NCBI GenBank assembly: GCA_032718475.1
Contig: JAUCBJ010008555.1
Span: 62,001-126,000, forward strand
Length of the DNA: 64,000 nt
Direction of reading: 5' to 3'
DNA from: Nemertoderma westbladi
Lineage: Eukaryota > Animalia > Xenacoelomorpha
Shown here: piece after piece, positions 28,301 to 40,300 of the stretch
Numbering within the stretch: position 1 is the first letter of the stretch
Layout of the letters: each line of letters opens with the position of its first letter
Notes under the pieces: model-generated
Told to the model about the DNA's origin: nothing
The model's database searches: none
What the model saw: only the letters and a program-made list of their open reading frames with translations
Made by a program: the position numbers and the translations under genes

Positions 28301-31300
28301 ATTAGGGTTATCGGGTGCCGATACCGGTAGGCCTATTTCATTGCTCTGTAAGCCTACATTTGCATTTAGTAAAGTTAGGTCCGGTGATGAAAAGCCACGA
28401 AAAGGTGTGGGATTGTGATACTCATCTATGCAGGCTGTAGTGAGGGAACGACGGACGTGTCTCCGTCCCGCACTAGATGTTTCGTCACCTAAGGGGGTTA
28501 GTGTAAAATCACCATGAGAATGATTTATGTTATCTGTTGCTGTTGGGTGGGGCAGTGCGAGCGAAGTCATCCTTGCCCGTTCTGAAGGAAGATTTGGTGG
28601 GTCTACTACGGGGATAGATTCACTTTGTGCGTCCTCCTGATAATCGGCATATTTGCGCTCCAGTTGATAATACCGGGCTTCAGCCTCGGCGTAATCATGT
28701 GTGAATTTGTTATAAAGTGTATTATTCTGAGCCCGAAAGTTAGGGATAAGTAAAATTTGATGTGTTTTGCTCCGGTACTTACCGAATGATAGTTTGAAAG
28801 TGTTGAACGACGCGTCGATTAAGCCGTCCTGTACAGGGCCGGTTAGCGAGAGGTGGTAGGCGAGTGCGTTGTGGGCGCGTGTAAATGAAGATTTAAGTCC
28901 ACTCAGAGCACGCGAATCGAGAGCTCGCAAATCGTCGACATTTGGAGAGCCACCGTGGTCAGAAGTGATGGAGGAAGAAGCATCCTCGTCGAGTTGGTGT
29001 TGGCTACCGGTAGCAGTAGCCATGGCGGGCTGTCAGGCTGATGCGTACTGGCTGACTGGCGTAGGCCTACGGTGTACTGGTGTATGGCAGTATAGTGCAG
29101 TGCAGTAGGCAGTAGCGTACTGCAGTACTGGAATGTAGGCCCAGCTACACTAATACTGTAATAGGTCCACTGTCAAAACCCTAGGCTGCTAGGCACTAGG
29201 CTACAACAGTGTGTTTGTTTGAAAACGCCCTAAGCACTAACTACAGAACTAAGATGCCGGTGGAAAAGAAATTGTTTTTTACTGAAAGTGTCTATCATTG
29301 GGACACTCAAGGGAGGTTTCGGTTGCAAAATTGAGTTTCTTTATTAACGCGCTCGCATTCAATCGTTTTGTATTTACAAATTACGGGCAGTTATGATAAT
29401 GAAATATGGACAATAAAAGCACTAATAAATAACATAATATATTTCGATAACGTAGTAAAAATATGGATAAAATAAGGGGAGGGGAAATGAATGAATCATT
29501 TACTTCGAGTATATGTGGTTACAAATATCAGCAGAAATAAAGTGTTATATCAAAGTAAATGAAATGGGACGAATGAAAAGGCGTGCAAGTGAGTGGACGG
29601 GAGCGGGCGAGCGAGCGAGCGAGCGAGCGAGCGGTAAAAAACAATTTGTGACAACCGGTGGAGAAAATAGGAAGACTGACGAAATTGCTCAGAATGAAGT
29701 ATTAGTATATAATGGTAAATTATTACATCGCGAGGTGATAACAGGAGGTCAAGATGCTGAATGGAGGGGGTCAGGCCTAAAACATGAGGTTTGCATTGAT
29801 GTAACACATGACAGGCATACTAGGGCTAACAAATTAGTAGATTCGACCAATGAATGTGCAGAGATTCAATAATTCTGTTTGAGGTTGATGGGCGTTGTGA
29901 AGGGTTATATTATTAATTATATAATATAATGTCAGTATATATCGAGAGGGGGGTGGTTATATGAGTGAACATGTGGCATCCCGCTTTCACCTGGGGCCAC
30001 TTACAGTACTTGATAATGTTAGTGGGACTGAGGGGGGGTTTATTATATGAATGAAATGTGGAATCCCGCTGTAACCCGAGTCCACGTACTGTACAAAATG
30101 ATCATGTTAGTAAGACAAGACTTGGGGGGTTTATTATATGAATGAAATGTGGAATCCCGCTGTAACCCGAGTCCACGTACTGTACGAAATGATCATGTTA
30201 GTAAGATGGATGGGTGTGTCGTACGTATTTTGATGATTTAAATGGTCAGATTATATTGAGGGTGCCGCACCAAGTCAAGGAATTTTGTTAGTTTCTGCTA
30301 TAGATAGACTGGTCAATCTACGGGAATGAAAGTCTAGTTTTTCGGTATGTGTGTGTACAAGTATGCAAACATGCGAACCTTTTGATTAACATACCGGCGA
30401 CAACAATGACATAATTTGGGGACGAAGTGAGTATTACAATTTTGGGACAAAACGATAAATACATAACTGAGGCGAAAATAAGAGAGGACAGGGCGTCAAG
30501 TACTAACACAATCAACTCACGTGTAGAGTTAGTAAGAAAGTGAAAGTAATTGAGAGGGTGAGGTCAAGTACTAGCACTAACAACTCGCGATCGGAGTTAG
30601 TAAGAAAGTGAAAGTAATTGAGAGGGTGAGGTCGAGTACTACCACAATTAACTCACGTGTGGAGTTAGTAAGAAAGTGAAAGTAATTGAGAGGGTGAGGT
30701 CGAGTACTACCACAATCAACTCACGTGTGGAGTTAGTAAGAAAGTGAAAGTAATTGAGAGGGTGAGGTCGAGTACTACCACAATCAACTCACGTGTGGAG
30801 TTAGTAAGAAAGTGAAAGTAATTGAGAGGGTGAGGTCAAGTACTAGCACTAACAACTCGCGATCGGAGTTAGTAAGAAAGTGAAGTAATTAACACAGAGT
30901 GAGAGAGAGAGTGAGAGAGAGACAGGGAGAGAGAGAGAGAAATCGATTAAAGGCGGGTAAAGCGAGTGAGGTAAAGTAAATCGAGTGATATAAAGTGAAT
31001 GTTAAAGGAAATGTTAGAGCGTTGGTTGACAGTGGCGGATAGCCACAACAAACCATATTCAAAATTTTCACGTTTTATTATGGTTCTTATTGGTTTGCAA
31101 ACAGTACCCAGTGGCATCCAGTGTATGTTTTATTAGCCACAGTAGTATATTCAATTACCTTCCAACCATCTTCCATATCGATCCTTCTTTGCGGTGATAT
31201 AGAGAGTAACCCTGGCCCGCTCTCTGTATGGCACCATAATGTCCGCAGCCTTTTACCAAAATTAAATAACAAAATCTGCACTGACAAGTTAAAAATAATT

Positions 31301-34300
31301 TACGACACTATCTTAGATTTAAATATTGATATTTTTATTGTAACGGAAACATGGTTTTTAAAATGTACGGCAGCTGACCATGAAAGTGAGCTGAACAAAC
31401 ACTCTTATAAATACTATAACAAACCCCGCGCTGACAACTCGGGGTACGGTGGTGTCGGGTTATTTATCAGGGAGTCATTACCCCATCTCAGACGCACTGG
31501 CAGGGCCTTTAACTCGCAAGGTCTAGAATTAATATTTATTGATATTTTCATCGTAAAATTAAAAGTTCTCGTGATTGGTCTTTACACACCCACCGAACCT
31601 ACTGCACAGTACTGGGATACCTTGTACGATGTTATTTGTAACATCACGACAGCGTATAAATATGATGGAATTCTTCTTTTAGGTGACTTTAATACCAACT
31701 GTTTTCACCAAACTCCTTTTCTAGTAAACAAATTCTGCTCTTTAACTGGTTTTACCCAAGTGATAAACTCTATAACTCGATCCCAATCCCAATCTTGCAT
31801 TGACTTATTATTCACTAATTTACTTCCCCTGAAAATTAAGGCGGACGCACATGCTGATATTTGTTTTGACAACAACCTTCCTATTTCTGACCACTCGCCA
31901 ATTTTTATCGACTTAAACGTTGATATCAAACCGCCACCCCTTTTCATTCGTACCGTATGGGATTATGACAAAGCGAACTGGGGAGAATTCAGACAATTCC
32001 TAAATAGCAAATGTCTTAGTAGCTACTTTGGTGCACATGCCGATGACCCTGTTGAAGGTGTTAATTTTCTCACAGAGACTTTACTTGAAGGTACGAATAG
32101 ATTTATTCCCAGCCACAAAATAAAAACCAGATCCAGCGACCCTAAGTGGATAAATAATGAGTTGCGCTCACTGTTCAGGCGCAGGGAAAGGCTACACAAA
32201 CGAGCCAAAGGGACACCCAACAACTCAAATCAATGGGTCATTTTCAGAAAATATCGAAATTTTGTCACTCAAAAAGTTCGCTTAGCTAAGGCTTCATATT
32301 CTAGTGAATTGTATTTATCAACCAAAAGTTCCAGCAACTTAGACTCTAAGAAATGGTTTTCAATAGTAAAGTCGGTACTGGGGAAAAACAAATTATCATC
32401 CATCCCGTTCTTATTTGATGGCGACACAGCGGTGTATGAAGCCTTTGACAAAGCCCAAGTTCTAAATAACAGATTTGTCATTAATTCCACTTTACCAGGT
32501 TTATTACCGACGACCCCAGTACAATCCACACCTCAGACAGCACCACCGCTAGTACATCCCACACACCAGCCTGTACCACCGGTGGTACTTTCTGTAGTAC
32601 CTCCAGTGCTTCACCCCATACCCCTGACTGTACCACCGGTAGTACATCCCACACCTCCGATTGTACCTCCAGCAGTGCACCCCATACCCCAGACTGTACC
32701 ACCGGTAGTGAGTGAGTGTTTAAAGCTCATCTATCCCATCATAGTAGACATGTACCGTACAACAAGAGTCCCACAAGAAATGAAAACAAATAAGTTGGTG
32801 CCAGTTCCAAAGAAGGGCAACCTAACACTCTATGGTTCTTTTCGGGGAATCTCATTGATCTCGATTGCTGCAAAACTATACAATAGAATTCTATTAAATC
32901 GCATCAGGGATCCCATTGAGAGACTACTACGTGGAAATCAGAATGGGTTCCGTAAAGGTCGTGGGACCATGGAGCCCATTTTGGCACTTAGAAGGATAAT
33001 TGAAGAGTTATCAAAAAAGAAAGACAGGCATCTGGCTGTTATCTTTGTTGACTTCTTCAAGGCCTTTGATTCAGTCTCTCGCTCACGTATGTTCAGCATA
33101 CTTTCATTATATGGGATTCCTGATGAAATTATTGCAGCAATCAGATCAGTATACGATGGTTCGGCAGCATTTGTGTCTACTGTTGACGGTGACACAGAAC
33201 CATTTGAAGTGTTATGGGGCGTCCTCCAAGGAGACACACTTGCACCATTCTTGTTCATTATTGTGGTTGACTATGTTCTACGCATGTCCTTAGATCATCA
33301 TAATGATGATGGGGTGATGATAACTCCACCTACTGGCTCCAGAAGTCGAGGAAATCCTGCCAAGTACCTAACTGATCTAGACTTTGCTGATGACTTAGGA
33401 GTACTCTCAGAATCATTAGAGGGAGCCCAACGGCTCCTCAGCTCATTAGAACATGCTGCTTCTAGTGTTGGTCTTTTTATTAACTCCAGAAAGACCAAAA
33501 TTCTTACAGTTAACTTTGAAAGTCCTCAGCAAGTCTCTGATCGGATGAGCATAAGCTCAAAGGATGGTATGCTTGAGCATGTGGACGACTTCTGTTACCT
33601 GGGATCATGGATCCGGAAGTCAGGTGAGGACCTTCGAATACGTAAGGGAAAGGCATGGGCAGCCTTGAATAGGCTTTCCAGGATTTGGAAGTCACCTAGA
33701 ATTAATCGGAAACTTAAGGTCCGATTATTTAGAGCAGCAGTAGTTCCAGTACTCCTCTACGGGAGTCCATGCTGGGCTCTAACTGCTGAGGACACCAAAT
33801 CTCTGGATGGCACATTCACAAGAATGCTACGCCGGGTACATTGTGCCAAGTACAATGCACACATCTCCAACCAGACACTATATAACATTGGAGGTGTCTC
33901 ATTGGTTCCCCCAAGCTTGACACTAGAACAAAATCGCCTCCGCTTTGCAGGACATTGCTTTCGCCGTGAGGACCAGCCAGTGCATAATCTTGTACTTTGG
34001 CAGCCTCATGGAGTGAATAAGCATGGTGGACAGCCCATGACTTTCTTGAGACGCATCTTAAAGGACACTGGCCTTAAAGATGCGGATGATCTAGCAAATG
34101 TCATGGGTGATAGGGAGTTGTGGCGGTGCAATTTTGTTGACAAGCCGGCACAGCATTCTTAAAAATGCAGCTGCAATGCAGCATGCCGATCCTAGTAGTA
34201 GTAGTACATCCCACACCTCCGATTGTACCTCCAGCAGTGCACCCCATACCCCTGACTGTACCACCGGTAGTACATCCCACACCTCCGATTGTACCTCCAG

Positions 34301-37300
34301 CAGTGCACCCCATACCCCAGACTGTACCACCGGTAGTACATCCCACACCTCCGATTGTACCTCCAGCAGTGCACCCCATACCCCTGACTGTACCACCGGT
34401 AGTACATCCCACACCTCCGATTGTACCTCCAGCAGTGCACCCCATACCCCAGACTGTACCATCGGTGGTATATCCCGTGGACCTGCAGCGGTACATCCCA
34501 TACCACAATCTTTACCCCCGACTTCACTACACCCCGACCCCTCTACTGTTCAGGGCGTCCCTGAAGAAGCAGTCCTAGAGCACATACAGATTTCAGAAGA
34601 GGACGTAGGTTCAGGTATTTCATCCTTAAAAACGAATGGATCTCCTGGTATCGATGGAATAAGTAACAGAGTTATTAAATCATTATCCGGCTCTTTAATA
34701 GTTGGTCTAACTATTTTATTTAACGCGTTACTTAACATTTCTATTTTTCCACAATCCTGGAAGTATTCTAATATTACTCCAATTTTTAAAAAGGGAGAAT
34801 TTTATAATTCTGGCAACTATCGCCCAATTTCTTTATTAAATAACCTTTCTAAGCTTTTTGAAACTGTTGTCAGAAAGCATATCTGGAATTTCCTATGGCA
34901 TAAAATATCGAAACGACAATCAGGATTTATTCCCGGCGATAGTTGCCAAAACCAACTTCTCTTCCTATACGACTCCTGGTGCCAGGCCTGGGACGAAGGC
35001 GACGTCACACAAGTAATATTCTGTGATGTCACAAAAGCCTTTGACAGGGTATGGCACGCAGGTCTCCTTGAAAAATTATATAGAATGGGAATCCGCGGTC
35101 GTTTATTGGCATGGTTCCAATGTTATTTATCAGGGCGTTGGCAGCGTGTAGTACTAGATGGGACATGCTCACTGTTTCTGGCGGTGCTCGCAGGCGTACC
35201 CCAGGGAAGTGTGCTCGGTCCCATCTTATTTATTATTTATATAAATGACCTTGTTGATGTATTGTCGGCAAACTGTTCACTGTTTGCTGACGATACATCT
35301 CTTTCATCTAGAATCAGTCATCCTGTTGTGCGCGCTCACTTTCTTAACCACGAACTTCATGAACTACACACTTGGGCTACTAAATGGCTCGTAACTTTTA
35401 ACCCAGAGAAAACCATTGTAATGACTATGTGTGGTTCCATCCCCTACCAGACAGCAGGGGCATACCCAAGGGGGGGGTAGTGGGGGTAATTACCCCCCCC
35501 CCCCCGTCAGAAAATTGGAATGTTATTAAAAAATGTGTAATATCAAGAGAGGGATGATTTGTGTTCCGCGAAAGTGTTTAAAGTACATACACCACCAAAA
35601 GTACTGTTTTGAGGAATTCTAGTCTATTCGGTGTCGGTGTATTCCCTGACCAGCTTGTGTGAATGAACTCCATTCACACAAGCATATAACATTGTCAATA
35701 ACTCCTGTGGTGTCCTACCATTACATCATTATTAATTCAGTAATTTCCTTTATATGTTATAGTCTCTTTGTCTTTCAAATATTCAATTATTGAACAATTA
35801 ACATTCAACATGATTAACATTGAGGCGGGATATTAATTCGCCAAGGCGGGATTTGCGTCCCCCCCCCCCCCCTGTCTCCCACTGGTAATCAATTTTAAAT
35901 TTGAGTTTTACCCCCCCCCCCCCCCCCCCCCCCCCCCACCAGAAAATCCTGGGTACGCCCCTGCCAGACAGTGCCACTATATCTAAATGGTGAGGCCCTT
36001 CCGTGTGGTGAGACTCACAAACACCTGGGACTGGTATTTTCTTCCAATTTCAAGTTCAATGACCATGTCCTAGAACTAATTAACTCAGTTTCGAGAAATC
36101 TATTGGTTCTGCGGAAAACTAAATACGTCCTATCCAAAGATGCAATACTAAAAATATACAAAACATTTATACGTCCTAAACTGGAATACGGCTGTGCGGT
36201 CTGGAACAACATATCTCAAGAAATGTCTGAACTACTTGACAATTTTGAACTTGAAATTCTAAGAATTGCCACTGGTGCTCCATCTCGCACTTCACATAGC
36301 AAGTTATATACCGAATGCAACATACAGAGTCTCTCTTCCAGGCGCTCAGCCATCTGCTTAATAACTTTTTATAAAATTATTAACAAGTTAACTCCGGAGT
36401 ACTTATTTTCCAGAATCCCAATTACAGTGGGGCAAAACCCATCACATAGTTACCCTCTCAGAAACAGCGCCAACATTTCCCAAATATCGTACCGTAAAGA
36501 CCTTTATGGCAAATCTTTCTTTCCAAACACTATAAAAAAATGGAACGATCTCCCTTTTTCAACACGTTCACTCCCTCTCCCGACGTTTAAATCCCGACTC
36601 ATTTCAAATAATGTTATCAAACCATTTTACTGTGTTGGAACCCGCAAATTTCAAATCATTGTCTGCCAGTTGCGACTGCGGTGTAGTAAATTATCTGCAG
36701 ACATGGTATCCAGGCACCTTCAGGACTCACCTGAGTGCACCTCATGCGGTGCTGCCACAGAAAACGCCTTTCACTTTTTTATAACTTGTCCGAGTTACTC
36801 TGGTGCCCGCCGTACACTGAAGGTTGGGTTGGAAGCTCTAGGGGCTTCACTGTCATTAAACTCTGTTTTAGAGGGACAAGGTATATCTGCGACCGATTAC
36901 AACAAATATTTCTCCCTTCTAAACACCTTTATTGTCTCTACTCAGCGTTTTCGGCTACTTTCACAATAAAACAAAACCATTAGCCCAAAATATTTACTTA
37001 CTTGCTTGCATATATACCTTTTCCCTTCAACTGTCTTTGTTAGCTAATTAAATAGATTCATTTGGTAATGTAAATTAAATTTCACTGTATGTTGCTACAT
37101 TATATTATTTTTATTTTTTATGTTTATTGATGTGCCTTCTATTTTGTGGCTTGGGTTGTGAGTCAGCGCGCCCGTCGGTCTAGTATATTTTTATTTTATA
37201 AAGTTTATTGTTTACCATATATTTACAACTGTCACTCCTAGCAACTCTAATCTGATATAATAACTAAGCTGGATATAGGGCCTTATCTGTCCGAATTGTT

Positions 37301-40300
37301 ATTGTTATTGTCAATTGTCATAATGTGACCCTGTTAAGCTTAATTCAATATACAGTCCTACCGCTAGAGAAAACAGTTAGTCACATATATATAGACGGGC
37401 GTATATAGTGCAACAGTTAGTCACTTAAGTATAGACGGGCGTATATAGAGCAACAGTTAGTTACACAAGTATAGACGGACGTATATAGTGCAACAGTTAG
37501 TAACATAAGTAGGCGGACGTGTACAGTGCAACAGTTAGTCACATAAGTATAGACGGACGTATACAGTGCAACAGTTAGTTACATAAGTATAGACGGACGT
37601 ATACAGTGCAACAGTTAGTCACTTAAGTATAGACGGGCGTGTACAGTACAACTGTTAGTAACATAAGTAGGCGGACGTGTACAGTGCAACAGTTAGTCAC
37701 TTAAGTATAGACGGGCGTGTACAGTGCAACAGTCAGTCACATAAGTATAGACGGATGTGTACAGTGCAACAGTTTGTCACATAAGTATAAACGAGCGTAT
37801 ACAGTGCAACAGTTAGTCATATAAGTATAGACGAGCGTATACTTTCAATAACTGTGGAACAGCTATTCATGTAATTTTTGTGTTTATTTTGTTTTTAATC
37901 ATTTTAATATCGCGTTGATTATGCGTTTCTCAATCACCCCGTATAATATTTGCAGACATCAACGAGTGTCTGAGAGGCACACACAACTGCGACCTTTTGC
38001 ACGGTATCTGCCATGACACCCCCGGTGGCTACACCTGCTCCTGTGAAACCGGTTACTATGGAAACGGTTTCTTCTGTGATTGTAAGTAGCAGCCGTGATA
38101 AAAAAGGCGCAAACTAATTTATTCTTAAACCTTTTTCTGTTTTAAAACTCTCTCTGTGCCCGTATACATATTAATAATTAATAATATAATTATTGTCAAC
38201 TATCCTCTGTCCCAAGTTCTCCTCTTTCACTTTAATTTATCTCTAGATATGTGCCGCGAAGGTGTTTGTCCACCGCTTCAGACCTGCGTCGTGGTAAACA
38301 ACCTCCCGACCTGCGTCTGCGTGTGCGAAGACCCACTTTGCGAGCCGTTGCCCGGCCAGGTATGCGGTAGTGATGGCAACACGTACTCCGACGCAGAGAG
38401 TCTGTTTTTGACGGCCTGTCACTCTGGCGAAGCAATTACCATGGAATACGCAGGGGCGTGCGCAGGTGAGATTATATAGTTACAAAAAGTTTAATTAACG
38501 TTGGTCCTATAGCAGTTGTTGTTAAATCCCTTGTCTTCAATTTAGTTCTCTGGCTATAGTGGTCGTGGTTCGTCTGGTTTTATATAGTTATCAGGGTAGT
38601 GCTGATCACTGAAATTAATTTCAAAGAATTTCAGTTCAGTTAAATTTTATATTTAAGTTTTCCATCGTCTCTAAATTCAGTGTCAGTTTACCATATCACT
38701 GAAAATTATTTTGTTATTTCAGTTTCAGATGACCAATTTATTTTATTAATTTCAGTTTCAGATTGCTAAACAATTTCAGTAATTTCAGTTTTATTTCAGT
38801 TTCAGTGTTTATTGCAGCAGTTTGGATGAGTCCGTACTGGGATAAGACTTAAGACTTTGTGCGAATTTCTTGGCCAAATAGACGAAGAAAACTTTACTTT
38901 TAATTTTTACGCTGTTTTTTAACGTCTTATTGTTTATCATACGGGTACGGGTATCTTGTAGTTTTGTGTAGCATTTATGCGCAATAAATTTATTAGGGTG
39001 TGAGCTGCTTAAAGTTAGGTAGTGAGGAGAGATAAACAACCGACGTTTGAACCATGAAGGTCTCGCTCTATAGGCCCCCGTCGGTAGAATTAATTACTTC
39101 CCGGTGTCCATTAGTGATTTAGTCCACTCCAAATATTTATATTGATCCGTTTCCTAGGTGATTGCACCGCTGATATCTTCTGCCGCCCGGGAACACATTG
39201 CGAGGTTGTAGACAACCGACCCCAGTGTGTCTGCGACCCCTGCAGTGATGAGGAGTTGAACAGCGGGATCCTCTGCGCCTCCGACGGGGAGGTTTACGAT
39301 AATATCTGCGCGTTCAACGAACACAACTGTTACTATAGTAGCGTCTTAACCATCGTCAACTTCGGTGAATGCAACAGAGGTAAGTGGAGCGTGTTGCCGC
39401 TGCAACATATAACCCCCATCCCGACTGCCAAGTAAAAATTAAAACCAAAATAAAAATACCAAATTTAGACACTAAACTGCTAAAAGCGTGCACTGTTTTT
39501 TTTGTACCCGGTACGCTTTGTATTTTCTGTTTGTTGGTTCTTGGAAAACCCGCGCAGCCAAGAGACGAAACTGGAACTCTGCGTACAGGTTCGGGTCAGG
39601 TTGTTACTGTCGGTCTGCCCGTCGCAAGGAACTGTACCTAAATAACAGGTCTAGTTTCATGACATTTCGATAACTTATTTATCTTATCTATATTATTTAA
39701 CTAAATTATACTTTTAAAGGCAACGAAAACTAATTTTAGTTTGAGATTGTTTGAATAATTTCCCATAGATTGTAGCTACAGTGATTGGTCGGATTGGTCC
39801 CAGTGCAGCGCTCTCTGTGGGGAAGGCGTTAGGATTTCTACCAGAGCGATTAGTAAACAGGCCACTGGTAACGGGGAACCTTGTGACGATACTTCATTGC
39901 AACGGGAAATGCCGTGCGACTTGCCGCCATGTCCCGATAGTAAGTTTATAGTACCGATAGTAGGTTTATAGTACCGATAGTAAACTTATAGTACCGATAG
40001 TAAGTTTACTGTATAGTACCGATAGTAAGTTTATAGTACCGAAAGTATAGTACCGATAGTAAGTTTATAGTACCGATAGTAAGTTTATAGTACCGATAGT
40101 AAGTTTATAGTACCAAAAGTAAGTACCGATAGTAAACTTATAGTACCGATAGTAAGGTTATAGTACCGATAGTAAGTTTACTGTATAGTACCGATAGTAA
40201 GTTTATAGTACCGAAAGTAAGTACCGATAGTAAACTTATAGTACCGATAGTAAGGTTATAGTACCGATAGTAAGTTTACTGTATAGTACCGATAGTAAGT

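Larger units (their letters stand above)
19745..31031 (-). mobile_element. Full-length BEL/Pao LTR retrotransposon
   Basis: LTRs 19745-21495 and 29289-31031 (TG...CA); 5-bp TSD GTGGC at 19740-19744 and 31032-31036; PPT-like AAGAGGGGCGG before the 3' LTR; single gag-pol ORF. Confidence 0.96.
19120..37371 (+). mobile_element. CR1/L2-like APE non-LTR retrotransposon interrupted by BEL LTR, RTE and hAT MITE insertions
   Basis: Splits the 40-bp array, with AACA at both junctions. APE motifs NVRSL, ETW, GDFN, IDL, SDH (31121-32700); RT motifs PGIDG, YRPISLL, DVTKAFD, GVPQGSVLGP, FADD (34500-35450); C-terminal CxxC...HxxxxC (35971-36969). Confidence 0.85.

Noticed and set aside
21724-29108. Short + strand ORFs inside the BEL element and ORFs duplicated in both LTRs
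   Set aside because: Antisense shadows of the pol ORF or chance LTR frames; no recognisable motifs and no env-like ORF.
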